Source of the DNA: the human T2T-CHM13v2.0 reference genome, Homo sapiens
Assembly (NCBI GenBank): GCA_009914755.4
Contig: CP086569.2
Span: 31,488,001-31,552,000, forward strand
Length of the DNA: 64,000 bases
Direction: 5' to 3'
A model generated the notes under the pieces. It did not search any database, had not been told where the DNA came from, and worked only from the letters and a program-made list of their open reading frames with translations. Both the position numbers and the translations under genes were made by a program. Shown one piece after another: positions 1 to 13,700 of the stretch (position 1 is the stretch's first letter; every line of letters starts with the position of its first letter).

Positions 1-1277
1 GAATGGATTCGAATGGAAGGCAAAGGAATGGAATCTATTGGAATGGACTGTAATGGAATGGAATGGAAGGGATTGGAATGGACTCGAATGGAATGGACTG
101 CAATAGAAAGGATTCGAATGGAATGAAAAAGAATTGAATGGAATAGAACAGAATGGAATCAAATCGAATGAAATGGAATGGAATAGAAAGGAATGGAATG
201 AAATGGAATGGAAAGGATTCGAATGGAATGCAATCGAATGGAATGGAATCGAACGGAATGGAATAAAATGGAAGAAAACTGGCAAGAAATGGAATCGAAA
301 TGAATGGAGTGTTATGGAACGGACTCAAAAGGAATTGAATGTAATAGAATGGAGTGGAGTGGACTCGAATATAATGGACTGGAATGGAATGAAATCACAT
401 GGAATGGGAACGAATGGAATGGAATGGAAAGGAATGGAATCGAATGGAAAGGAATCGAACGGAAGGGAATGAAATTGAATCAACAGGAATGGAAGGGAAT
501 AGAATAGACGGTAATGGAATGGACTCGAATAGAATGGACACGAATGCTCAAATCGAATGGACTCGAATGGAATGGAAACGAAAGGAATGTCATCGAATGG
601 AATTGAATGGATTGGAATGAAATCGCATAGAATGGAGTGGAATCAAATGGAATTGAATCGAAAGGAAAGGAAGCGAATGGACTGAAATGAAATGGAATGG
701 AATTGAATGGAAAGTAATGCAATGGAATAGAATGGAAAGAAATTTCACGGAATGGAATCAAACTGAATGGAATCAAATCAATGGAATCAAATCAAATGGA
801 ATGGAAAGGAATTGAATGGAGTAGATTGGATTGGATGGGATTGGAATGAAATGTACTGGAAAGGACTCGAATTTCATGAAACGGAATGGAATGAATTGGA
901 ACGGAATGGACTCGAATGGAATGGAATGTCATGGAATGGCATCAAATGGAATGGCATCAAATGGAATGGAATCGAATGCAATGGAATGCTATGGAATGGA
1001 ATGGAATGCATTGGAATGGAATGTCCTCTAATGGAATGGATTCGAGTGGAATGGAATCGAATATAATGGAGTCGAATGAAATGGAATTGAAAGGAATGGG
1101 ATCGAATACAATGGAATATACTGGAATGTAATGTAATGAACTCGAATGTAATTGACTGGAATGGAATGTACATGAATGGAATGTAATCGAATGGAAAGTA
1201 ATCCAATGGAATAGAATCTAATGCAATAAAATCGACTCAGATAGAGTAGAATGTAATGGAATGGAGTGCAGTGCAAT

Positions 1278-1352
1278 GGAATGGAATGGAATGGAATGCA
1301 ATGGAATGGAATGGAATGGAATGGAATGGAATGGAATGGAATGGAATGGAAT
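1278..1352 (+). repeat. Hypervariable near-pure (GGAAT)n tract 1 of the HOR (representative copy in U0: 4 copies, a gcaat interruption, 10 copies)
   Basis: Direct read. The same tract has 9 copies in U1 (4877-4921), 11 in U2 (8446-8500), about 6 in U12 and 9 versus 10 in U14 versus U15. U8 carries an internal ~20-bp duplication. Confidence 0.85.
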
Positions 1353-3082
1353 GGGATGGAATGGTATGGAATGGATAGTAATGGACTGGAGTGAAATGGA
1401 CTGGAAAGGAATGGACTCAAATTGAAAGGGCTCGAAAGGAATGGAGTCAAATGGAATGGTCTGGAATGGAATGAACACGAATGTAATGCAATCCAATAGA
1501 ATGGAATCGAATGGCATGGAATATAAAGAAATGGAATCGAAGAGAATGGAAACAAATGGAATGGAATTGAATGGAATGGAATTGAATGGAATGGGAACGA
1601 ATGCAGTGAAATTGTATGCAGTAGAAGGGAATAGAATGGAATGCAAGCGAAAGGAAAGGAATGGATTGGAATGGAATGGAATTCATTGGAATGGAAGGGA
1701 ATGTAGTGTAATGGACAGGCCTGGAATAAAGTGGAATGCTACGGTCTCGAATGGAATAAAAATGTATGGAATGGAATGCAATGAAACGGAATCGAATGTC
1801 ATAGAATGTAATGGAATGCAAAAAAATGGAATCCAAAATCATTGACTGGAAAGGCTGGGTGTCGAAAGGAATTGACTCCAATGGAATGGAATCGAATGGA
1901 ATGGAAGTGAATAGAATCGAACTAAATCGAATGGAATGGAATTGATAGGAACGGAATGGAAAGGAATGCAATGATTTGGCATGGAATGGAATCGAATGGC
2001 ATCGAATGGAATGGAATGGAATGCAATGGAATGGAATGTATTAGAATGTAATGAACTTTAATGGAATGTACTCGAATGGATTCGACTGGAATGGAATGTT
2101 CTGGAAGTGAATGGACTCCAATGGAATGGATTCAAAAGGAATGGAATCGTACGGAATGGAATCTAATGGAATGGAATTAAATGGAAATGAATCAAATTGA
2201 ATAGCACGGAATTGAATTGAATGGAATGGAATGCAATGGAATCTAATGAAACGGAAAGGAAAGGAATGGAATGGAATGGAATGGGCTGGAATGGAAAGGA
2301 ATCGAAACGAATGGAATGGAATCGAACTGAAGAGACTGGAATGGAATGCACTGGAATGGAAGGGAGTGTAATGGAAGGTTCTCGAAAAAAATGGAATCGA
2401 ATGGAATGGAATTGAATGGAACGGAATAGAGTCGAATGGAATTGAATGGAATGGAATGGACTAGAGTGAAATGGAATCGAACCACAAGGAATGGACAGGA
2501 ATAGAATGGTCTCGAATTGAATGGAATCGTATGGAATGGCATCAAACGGAATGGAATGGACAGCCACGGAATGGAATGCACTCGAATGCAATGGAGTCGA
2601 AACTAATGGACTGGAATAGAATGGACTCGACTGGTACGGACTCCAATGGAATGGAATCGAATGGAAGGGAATCGAACGGAATGGACTCGAAGGGAAAAGA
2701 CTGCAATGGAAAGGTCTCGAATGGAATGGAAATTAATGGAATGGAATGGAATCGAATGAAATGGAGTCAAAAGGAATGGAATCGAATGGCAAGAAATCGA
2801 ATGTAATGGAATCGCAAGGAATTGATGTGAACGGAACGGAATGGAATGGAATCCAAAGGAATGGAATAGAATGGAATGGAATCGAATGGAAAGGACTCGA
2901 ATGGAAATCACTCGAATAGAATGCAATTTAATAAAATAGGATCAAATGTAATGGAATGGAATGGAAAGGAATCGAAACGAAAGGAATGGAGACAGATGGA
3001 ATGGAATGGAACAGAGAGCAATGGTATAGAATGGAATGGAATCATCTGGAATGGAATTGAATGGAATGGAATAATATGAAAT

Positions 3083-3107
3083 GGAATGGAATGGAATGGA
3101 ATGGAAT
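3083..3107 (+). repeat. Hypervariable pure (GGAAT)n tract 2 of the HOR (5 copies in U0)
   Basis: Direct read of the sequence aatatgaaat(ggaat)n g[t/c]ccttg. The copy number per unit across U0-U17 is 5,5,7,5,3,5,3,3,3,5,3,5,3,5,5,5,5,5. Confidence 0.85.
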
Positions 3108-3574
3108 GTCCTTGAATTAAATGGACTGGAATGGAATGGACTCGAACAGAGTGGAATGGAAAGTGTTGAGATAGAATGCAATGGACTCCTTTGGAATGGT
3201 GTAGTATGCAATGCAATCGACTGGCAGGGAATCAAAAGGAATGTAATGGAATGGATTGGACTGGAATGCAATGGACTCGAATAGATTGGAAACGGAATGC
3301 AAAGGAATGGAATGGAATAGTATGGAATGGAATGGAAAGGAATGGAGTGGAATAGACTAGAGTGGAATGGAATGGACTGGAAAGCAATGGACTGGAATGG
3401 AACTTTCTTGAATGGACTGGAATCAAACGTACTGGAATGCAGTGCAATCAAATGGCATGGAATAAAATAGAATGAAAGAGAATCAAATGGAATTGAATCG
3501 AATGGAATCGAATGGATTGGAAAGGAATAGAATGGAATGGAATGGAATTGACTCAAATGGAATGGACTAGAATG

Positions 3575-6500
3575 GAATGGATTCGAATGGAAGGCAAAGG
3601 AATGGAATCTATTGGAATGGACTGTAATGGAATGGAATGGAAGGGATTGGAATGGACTCGAATGGAATGGACTGCAATAGAAAGGATTCGAATGGAATGA
3701 AAAAGAATTGAATGGAATAGAACAGAATGGAATCAAATCGAATGAAATGGAATGGAATAGAAAGGAATGGAATGAAATGGAATGGAAAGGATTCGAATGG
3801 AATGCAATCGAATGGAATGGAATCGAACGGAATGGAATAAAATGGAAGAAAACTGGCAAGAAATGGAATCGAAATGAATGGAGTGTTATGGAACGGACTC
3901 AAAAGGAATTGAATGTAATAGAATGGAGTGGAGTGGACTCGAATATAATGGACTGGAATGGAATGAAATCACATGGAATGGGAACGAATGGAATGGAATG
4001 GAAAGGAATGGAATCGAATGGAAAGGAATCGAACGGAAGGGAATGAAATTGAATCAACAGGAATGGAAGGGAATAGAATAGACGGTAATGGAATGGACTC
4101 GAATAGAATGGACACGAATGCTCAAATCGAATGGACTCGAATGGAATGGAAACGAAAGGAATGTCATCGAATGGAATTGAATGGATTGGAATGAAATCGC
4201 ATAGAATGGAGTGGAATCAAATGGAATTGAATCGAAAGGAAAGGAAGCGAATGGACTGAAATGAAATGGAATGGAATTGAATGGAAAGTAATGCAATGGA
4301 ATAGAATGGAAAGAAATTTCACGGAATGGAATCAAACTGAATGGAATCAAATCAATGGAATCAAATCAAATGGAATGGAAAGGAATTGAATGGAGTAGAT
4401 TGGATTGGATGGGATTGGAATGAAATGTACTGGAAAGGACTCGAATTTCATGAAACGGAATGGAATGAATTGGAACGGAATGGACTCGAATGGAATGGAA
4501 TGTCATGGAATGGCATCAAATGGAATGGCATCAAATGGAATGGAATCGAATGCAATGGAATGCTATGGAATGGAATGGAATGCATTGGAATGGAATGTCC
4601 TCTAATGGAATGGATTCGAGTGGAATGGAATCGAATATAATGGAGTCGAATGAAATGGAATTGAAAGGAATGGGATCGAATACAATGGAATATACTGGAA
4701 TGTAATGTAATGAACTCGAATGTAATTGACTGGAATGGAATGTACATGAATGGAATGTAATCGAATGGAAAGTAATCCAATGGAATAGAATCTAATGCAA
4801 TAAAATCGACTCAGATAGAGTAGAATGTAATGGAATGGAGTGCAGTGCAATGGAATGGAATGGAATGGAATGCAATGGAATGGAATGGAATGGAATGGAA
4901 TGGAATGGAATGGAATGGAATGGGATGGAATGGTATGGAATGGATAGTAATGGACTGGAGTGAAATGGACTGGAAAGGAATGGACTCAAATTGAAAGGGC
5001 TCGAAAGGAATGGAGTCAAATGGAATGGTCTGGAATGGAATGAACACGAATGTAATGCAATCCAATAGAATGGAATCGAATGGCATGGAATATAAAGAAA
5101 TGGAATCGAAGAGAATGGAAACAAATGGAATGGAATTGAATGGAATGGAATTGAATGGAATGGGAACGAATGCAGTGAAATTGTATGCAGTAGAAGGGAA
5201 TAGAATGGAATGCAAGCGAAAGGAAAGGAATGGATTGGAATGGAATGGAATTCATTGGAATGGAAGGGAATGTAGTGTAATGGACAGGCCTGGAATAAAG
5301 TGGAATGCTACGGTCTCGAATGGAATAAAAATGTATGGAATGGAATGCAATGAAACGGAATCGAATGTCATAGAATGTAATGGAATGCAAAAAAATGGAA
5401 TCCAAAATCATTGACTGGAAAGGCTGGGTGTCGAAAGGAATTGACTCCAATGGAATGGAATCGAATGGAATGGAAGTGAATAGAATCGAACTAAATCGAA
5501 TGGAATGGAATTGATAGGAACGGAATGGAAAGGAATGCAATGATTTGGCATGGAATGGAATCGAATGGCATCGAATGGAATGGAATGGAATGCAATGGAA
5601 TGGAATGTATTAGAATGTAATGAACTTTAATGGAATGTACTCGAATGGATTCGACTGGAATGGAATGTTCTGGAAGTGAATGGACTCCAATGGAATGGAT
5701 TCAAAAGGAATGGAATCGTACGGAATGGAATCTAATGGAATGGAATTAAATGGAAATGAATCAAATTGAATAGCACGGAATTGAATTGAATGGAATGGAA
5801 TGCAATGGAATCTAATGAAACGGAAAGGAAAGGAATGGAATGGAATGGAATGGGCTGGAATGGAAAGGAATCGAAACGAATGGAATGGAATCGAACTGAA
5901 GAGACTGGAATGGAATGCACTGGAATGGAAGGGAGTGTAATGGAAGGTTCTCGAAAAAAATGGAATCGAATGGAATGGAATTGAATGGAACGGAATAGAG
6001 TCGAATGGAATTGAATGGAATGGAATGGACTAGAGTGAAATGGAATCGAACCACAAGGAATGGACAGGAATAGAATGGTCTCGAATTGAATGGAATCGTA
6101 TGGAATGGCATCAAACGGAATGGAATGGACAGCCACGGAATGGAATGCACTCGAATGCAATGGAGTCGAAACTAATGGACTGGAATAGAATGGACTCGAC
6201 TGGTACGGACTCCAATGGAATGGAATCGAATGGAAGGGAATCGAACGGAATGGACTCGAAGGGAAAAGACTGCAATGGAAAGGTCTCGAATGGAATGGAA
6301 ATTAATGGAATGGAATGGAATCGAATGAAATGGAGTCAAAAGGAATGGAATCGAATGGCAAGAAATCGAATGTAATGGAATCGCAAGGAATTGATGTGAA
6401 CGGAACGGAATGGAATGGAATCCAAAGGAATGGAATAGAATGGAATGGAATCGAATGGAAAGGACTCGAATGGAAATCACTCGAATAGAATGCAATTTAA

Positions 6501-7143
6501 TAAAATAGGATCAAATGTAATGGAATGGAATGGAAAGGAATCGAAACGAAAGGAATGGAGACAGATGGAATGGAATGGAACAGAGAGCAATGGTATAGAA
6601 TGGAATGGAATCATCTGGAATGGAATTGAATGGAATGGAATAATATGAAATGGAATGGAATGGAATGGAATGGAATGTCCTTGAATTAAATGGACTGGAA
6701 TGGAATGGACTCGAACAGAGTGGAATGGAAAGTGTTGAGATAGAATGCAATGGACTCCTTTGGAATGGTGTAGTATGCAATGCAATCGACTGGCAGGGAA
6801 TCAAAAGGAATGTAATGGAATGGATTGGACTGGAATGCAATGGACTCGAATAGATTGGAAACGGAATGCAAAGGAATGGAATGGAATAGTATGGAATGGA
6901 ATGGAAAGGAATGGAGTGGAATAGACTAGAGTGGAATGGAATGGACTGGAAAGCAATGGACTGGAATGGAACTTTCTTGAATGGACTGGAATCAAACGGA
7001 CTGGAATGCAATGCAATCAAATGGCATGGAATAAAATAGAATGAAAGAGAATCAAATGGAATTGAATCGAATGGAATCGAATGGATTGGAAAGGAATAGA
7101 ATGGAATGGAATGGAATTGACTCAAATGGAATGGACTAGAATG
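3575..7143 (+). repeat. HOR unit U1 (3569 bp)
   Basis: Anchor at 3575. Co-linear with U0. The main length difference is one fewer GGAAT in the offset-~1300 tract. Confidence 0.85.
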
Positions 7144-10100
7144 GAATGGATTCGAATGGAAGGCAAAGGAATGGAATCTATTGGAATGGACTGTAATGGA
7201 ATGGAATGGAAGGGATTGGAATGGACTCGAATGGAATGGACTGCAATAGAAAGGATTCGAATGGAATGAAAAAGAATTGAATGGAATAGAACAGAATGGA
7301 ATCAAATCGAATGAAATGGAATGGAATAGAAAGGAATGGAATGAAATGGAATGGAAAGGATTCGAATGGAATGCAATCGAATGGAATGGAATCGAACGGA
7401 ATGGAATAAAATGGAAGAAAACTGGCAAGAAATGGAATCGAAATGAATGGAGTGTTATGGAACGGACTCAAAAGGAATTGAATGTAATAGAATGGAGTGG
7501 AGTGGACTCGAATATAATGGACTGGAATGGAATGAAATCACATGGAATGGGAACGAATGGAATGGAATGGAAAGGAATGGAATCGAATGGAAAGGAATCG
7601 AACGGAAGGGAATGAAATTGAATCAACAGGAATGGAAGGGAATAGAATAGACGGTAATGGAATGGACTCGAATAGAATGGACACGAATGCTCAAATCGAA
7701 TGGACTCGAATGGAATGGAAACGAAAGGAATGTCATCGAATGGAATTGAATGGATTGGAATGAAATCGCATAGAATGGAGTGGAATCAAATGGAATTGAA
7801 TCGAAAGGAAAGGAAGCGAATGGACTGAAATGAAATGGAATGGAATTGAATGGAAAGTAATGCAATGGAATAGAATGGAAAGAAATTTCACGGAATGGAA
7901 TCAAACTGAATGGAATCAAATCAATGGAATCAAATCAAATGGAATGGAAAGGAATTGAATGGAGTAGATTGGATTGGATGGGATTGGAATGAAATGTACT
8001 GGAAAGGACTCGAATTTCATGAAACGGAATGGAATGAATTGGAACGGAATGGACTCGAATGGAATGGAATGTCATGGAATGGCATCAAATGGAATGGCAT
8101 CAAATGGAATGGAATCGAATGCAATGGAATGCTATGGAATGGAATGGAATGCATTGGAATGGAATGTCCTCTAATGGAATGGATTCGAGTGGAATGGAAT
8201 CGAATATAATGGAGTCGAATGAAATGGAATTGAAAGGAATGGGATCGAATACAATGGAATATACTGGAATGTAATGTAATGAACTCGAATGTAATTGACT
8301 GGAATGGAATGTACATGAATGGAATGTAATCGAATGGAAAGTAATCCAATGGAATAGAATCTAATGCAATAAAATCGACTCAGATAGAGTAGAATGTAAT
8401 GGAATGGAGTGCAGTGCAATGGAATGGAATGGAATGGAATGCAATGGAATGGAATGGAATGGAATGGAATGGAATGGAATGGAATGGAATGGAATGGAAT
8501 GGGATGGAATCGTATGGAATGGATAGTAATGGACTGGAGTGAAATGGACTGGAAAGGAATGGACTCAAATTGAAAGGGCTCGAAAGGAATGGAGTCAAAT
8601 GGAATGGTCTGGAATGGAATGAACACGAATGTAATGCAATCCAATAGAATGGAATCGAATGGCATGGAATATAAAGAAATGGAATCGAAGAGAATGGAAA
8701 CAAATGGAATGGAATTGAATGGAATGGAATTGAATGGAATGGGAACGAATGCAGTGAAATTGTATGCAGTAGAAGGGAATAGAATGGAATGCAAGCGAAA
8801 GGAAAGGAATGGATTGGAATGGAATGGAATTCATTGGAATGGAAGGGAATGTAGTGTAATGGACAGGCCTGGAATAAAGTGGAATGCTACGGTCTCGAAT
8901 GGAATAAAAATGTATGGAATGGAATGCAATGAAACGGAATCGAATGTCATAGAATGTAATGGAATGCAAAAAAATGGAATCCAAAATCATTGACTGGAAA
9001 GGCTGGGTGTCGAAAGGAATTGACTCCAATGGAATGGAATCGAATGGAATGGAAGTGAATAGAATCGAACTAAATCGAATGGAATGGAATTGATAGGAAC
9101 GGAATGGAAAGGAATGCAATGATTTGGCATGGAATGGAATCGAATGGCATCGAATGGAATGGAATGGAATGCAATGGAATGGAATGTATTAGAATGTAAT
9201 GAACTTTAATGGAATGTACTCGAATGGATTCGACTGGAATGGAATGTTCTGGAAGTGAATGGACTCCAATGGAATGGATTCAAAAGGAATGGAATCGTAC
9301 GGAATGGAATCTAATGGAATGGAATTAAATGGAAATGAATCAAATTGAATAGCACGGAATTGAATTGAATGGAATGGAATGCAATGGAATCTAATGAAAC
9401 GGAAAGGAAAGGAATGGAATGGAATGGAATGGGCTGGAATGGAAAGGAATCGAAACGAATGGAATGGAATCGAACTGAAGAGACTGGAATGGAATGCACT
9501 GGAATGGAAGGGAGTGTAATGGAAGGTTCTCGAAAAAAATGGAATCGAATGGAATGGAATTGAATGGAACGGAATAGAGTCGAATGGAATTGAATGGAAT
9601 GGAATGGACTAGAGTGAAATGGAATCGAACCACAAGGAATGGACAGGAATAGAATGGTCTCGAATTGAATGGAATCGTATGGAATGGCATCAAACGGAAT
9701 GGAATGGACAGCCACGGAATGGAATGCACTCGAATGCAATGGAGTCGAAACTAATGGACTGGAATAGAATGGACTCGACTGGTACGGACTCCAATGGAAT
9801 GGAATCGAATGGAAGGGAATCGAACGGAATGGACTCGAAGGGAAAAGACTGCAATGGAAAGGTCTCGAATGGAATGGAAATTAATGGAATGGAATGGAAT
9901 CGAATGAAATGGAGTCAAAAGGAATGGAATCGAATGGCAAGAAATCGAATGTAATGGAATCGCAAGGAATTGATGTGAACGGAACGGAATGGAATGGAAT
10001 CCAAAGGAATGGAATAGAATGGAATGGAATCGAATGGAAAGGACTCGAATGGAAATCACTCGAATAGAATGCAATTTAATAAAATAGGATCAAATGTAAT

Positions 10101-10732
10101 GGAATGGAATGGAAAGGAATCGAAACGAAAGGAATGGAGACAGATGGAATGGAATGGAACAGAGAGCAATGGTATAGAATGGAATGGAATCATCTGGAAT
10201 GGAATTGAATGGAATGGAATAATATGAAATGGAATGGAATGGAATGGAATGGAATGGAATGGAATGCCCTTGAATTAAATGGACTGGAATGGAATGGACT
10301 CGAACAGAGTGGAATGGAAAGTGTTGAGATAGAATGCAATGGACTCCTTCGGAATGGTCTAGTATGCAATGCAATCGACTGGCAGGGAATCAAAAGGAAT
10401 GTAATCGAATGGATTGGACTGGAATGCAGTGGACTCGAATAGATTGGAAACGGAATGCAAAGGAATGGAATGGAATAGTATGGAATGGAATGGAAAGGAA
10501 TGGAGTGGAATAGACTAGAGTGGAATGGAATGGACTGGAAAGCAATGGACTGGAATGGAACTTTCTTGAATGGACTGGAATCAAACGGAATGGAATGCAA
10601 TGCAATCAAATGGCATGGAATAAAATAGAATGAAAGAGAATCAAATGGAATTGAATCGAATGGAATCGAATGGATTGGAAAGGAATAGAATGGAATGGAA
10701 TGGAATTGACTCAAATGGAATGGACTAGAATG
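7144..10732 (+). repeat. HOR unit U2 (3589 bp, longest)
   Basis: Anchor at 7144. Both pentamer tracts are expanded: 11 copies at 8446-8500 and 7 copies at 10231-10265. Confidence 0.85.
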
Positions 10733-13700
10733 GAATGGATTCGAATGGAAGGCAAAGGAATGGAATCTATTGGAATGGACTGTAATGGAATGGAATGGAA
10801 GGGATTGGAATGGACTCGAATGGAATGGACTGCAATAGAAAGGATTCGAATGGAATGAAAAAGAATTGAATGGAATAGAACAGAATGGAATCAAATCGAA
10901 TGAAATGGAATGGAATAGAAAGGAATGGAATGAAATGGAATGGAAAGGATTCGAATGGAATGCAATCGAATGGAATGGAATCGAACGGAATGGAATAAAA
11001 TGGAAGAAAACTGGCAAGAAATGGAATCGAAATGAATGGAGTGTTATGGAACGGACTCAAAAGGAATTGAATGTAATAGAATGGAGTGGAGTGGACTCGA
11101 ATATAATGGACTGGAATGGAATGAAATCACATGGAATGGGAACGAATGGAATGGAATGGAAAGGAATGGAATCGAATGGAAAGGAATCGAATGGAAGGGA
11201 ATGAAATTGAATCAACAGGAATGGAAGGGAATAGAATAGACGGTAATGGAATGGACTCGAATAGAATGGACACGAATGCTCAAATTGAATGGACTCCAAT
11301 GGAATGGAAACGAAAGGAATGTCATCGAATAGAATTGAATCGACTGGAATGAAATCGCAAGAATGGAGTGGCATCAAATGGAATTGAATCGAAAGGAAAG
11401 GAAGCGAATGGACTGAAATGAAATGGAATGGAATTGAATGGAAAGTAATGCAATGGAATAGAATGGAATGAAATTTCACGGAATGGAATCAAACTGAAAG
11501 GAATCAAATCAATGGAATCTAATCAAATGTAATGGAAAGGATTTGAATGGAGTAGATTGGATTGGATGGGATTGGAGTGAAATGTACTGGAAAGGACTCG
11601 AATTTCATGAAACGGAATGGAATGAATTGGAACGGAATGGACTCGAATGGAATGGAATGTCATGGAATGGCATCAAATGGAATGGCATCAAATGGAATGG
11701 AATCGAATGCAATGGAATGCTATGGAATGGAATGGAATGCATTGGAATGGAATGTCCTCTAATGGAATGGATTCGAGTGGAATGGAATCGAATATAATGG
11801 AGTCGAATGAAATGGAATTGAAAGGAATGGGATTGAATACAATGGAATATGCTGGAATGTAATGTAATGAACTCGAATGTAATTGACTGGAATGGAATGT
11901 ACATGAATGGAATGTAATCGAATGGAAAGTAATCCAATGGAATAGAATCTAATGCAATAAAATCGACTCAGATAGAGTAGAATGTAATGGAATGGAGTGC
12001 AGTACAATGGAATGGAATGGAATGCAATGGAATGGAATGGAATGGAATGGAATGGAATGGAATGGAATGGGATGGAATGGGATGGAATGGTATGGAATGG
12101 ATAGTAATGGACTGGAGTGAAATGGACTGGAAAGGAATGGACTCAAATTGAAAGGGCTCGAAAGGAATGGAGTCAAATGGAATGGTCTGGAATGGAATGA
12201 ACACGAATGTAATGCAATCCAATAGAATGGAATCGAATGGCATGGAATATAAAGAAATGGAATCGAAGAGAATGGAAACAAATGGAATGGAATTGAATGG
12301 AATGGAATTGAATGGAATGGGAACGAATGGAGTGAAATTGTATGCAGTAGAAGGGAATAGAATGGAATGCAAGCGAAAGGAAAGGAATGGATTGGAATGG
12401 AATGGAATTCATTGGAATGGAAGGGAATGTAGTGTAATGGACAGGCCTGGAATAAAGTGGAATGCTACGGTCTCGAATGGAATAAAAATGTATGGAATGG
12501 AATGCAATGAAACGGAATCGAATGTCATAGAATGTAATGGAATGCAAAAAAATGGAATCCAAAATCATTGACTGGAAAGGCTGGGTGTCGAAAGGAATTG
12601 ACTCCAATGGTATGGAATCGAATGGAATGGAAGTGAATAGAATCGAACTAAATCGAATGGAATGGAATTGATAGGAACGGAATGGAAAGGAATGCAATGA
12701 ATTGGCACGGAATGGAATCGAATGGCATCGAATGGAATGGAATGGAATGCAATGGAATGGAATGTATTAGAATGTAATGAACTTTAATGGAATGTACTCG
12801 AATGGATTCGACTGGAATGGAATGTTCTGGAAGTGAATGGACTCCAATTGAATGGATTGAAAAGGAATGGAATCGTACGGAATGGAATCTAATGGAATGG
12901 AATTAAATGGAAATGAATCAAATTGAATAGCACGGAATTGAATTGAATGAAATGGAATGCAATGGAATCTAATGAAACGGAAAGGAAAGGAATGGAATGG
13001 AATGGAATGGGCTGGAATGGAAAGGAATCGAAACGAATGGAATGGAATCGAACTGAAGAGACTGGAATGGAATGCACTGGAATGGAAGGGAGTGTAATGG
13101 AAGGTTCTCGAAAAAAATGGAATCGAATGGAATGGAATTGAATGGAACGGAATAGAGTCGAATGGAATTGAATGGAATGGAATGGACTAGAGTGAAATGG
13201 AATCGAACCACAAGGAATGGACAGGAATAGAATGGTCTCGAATTGAATGGAATCGTATGGAATGGCATCAAACGGAATGGAATGGACAGCCACGGAATGG
13301 AATGCACTCGAATGCAATGGAGTCGAAACTAATGGACTGGAATAGAATGGACTCGACTGGTACGGACTCCAATGGAATGGAATCGAATGGAAGGGAATCG
13401 AACGGAATGGACTCGAAGGGAAAAGACTGCAATGGAAAGGTCTCGAATGGAATGGAAATTAATGGAATGGAATGGAATCGAATGAAATGGAGTCAAAAGG
13501 AATGGAATCGAATGGCAAGAAATCGAATGTAATGGAATCGCAAGGAATTGATGTGAACGGAACGGAATGGAATGGAATCCAAAGGAATGGAATAGAATGG
13601 AATGGAATCGAATGGAAAGGACTCGAATGGAAATCACTCGAATAGAATGCAATTTAATAAAATAGGATCAACTGTAATGGAATGGAATGGAAAGGAATCG

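Larger units (their letters stand above)
1..3574 (+). repeat. HOR unit U0 (3574 bp; window starts exactly at anchor)
   Basis: Anchor motif at 1. The ORF-track pattern (97-aa MSPFHNTPF... at 35) recurs 3574 bp later. Near-identical to U1 and U2. Confidence 0.85.

Noticed and set aside
541-570. TTCGAA/GATTCGAATC-type short palindromes and nGAAn spacing that looks superficially like heat-shock elements
   Set aside because: The GAA and TTC spacing does not fit the canonical nGAAnnTTCnnGAAn register. Such strings are unavoidable in GGAAT/CGAAT repeats. Any HSF1 relevance rests on literature about satellite III in general, not on a motif match here.
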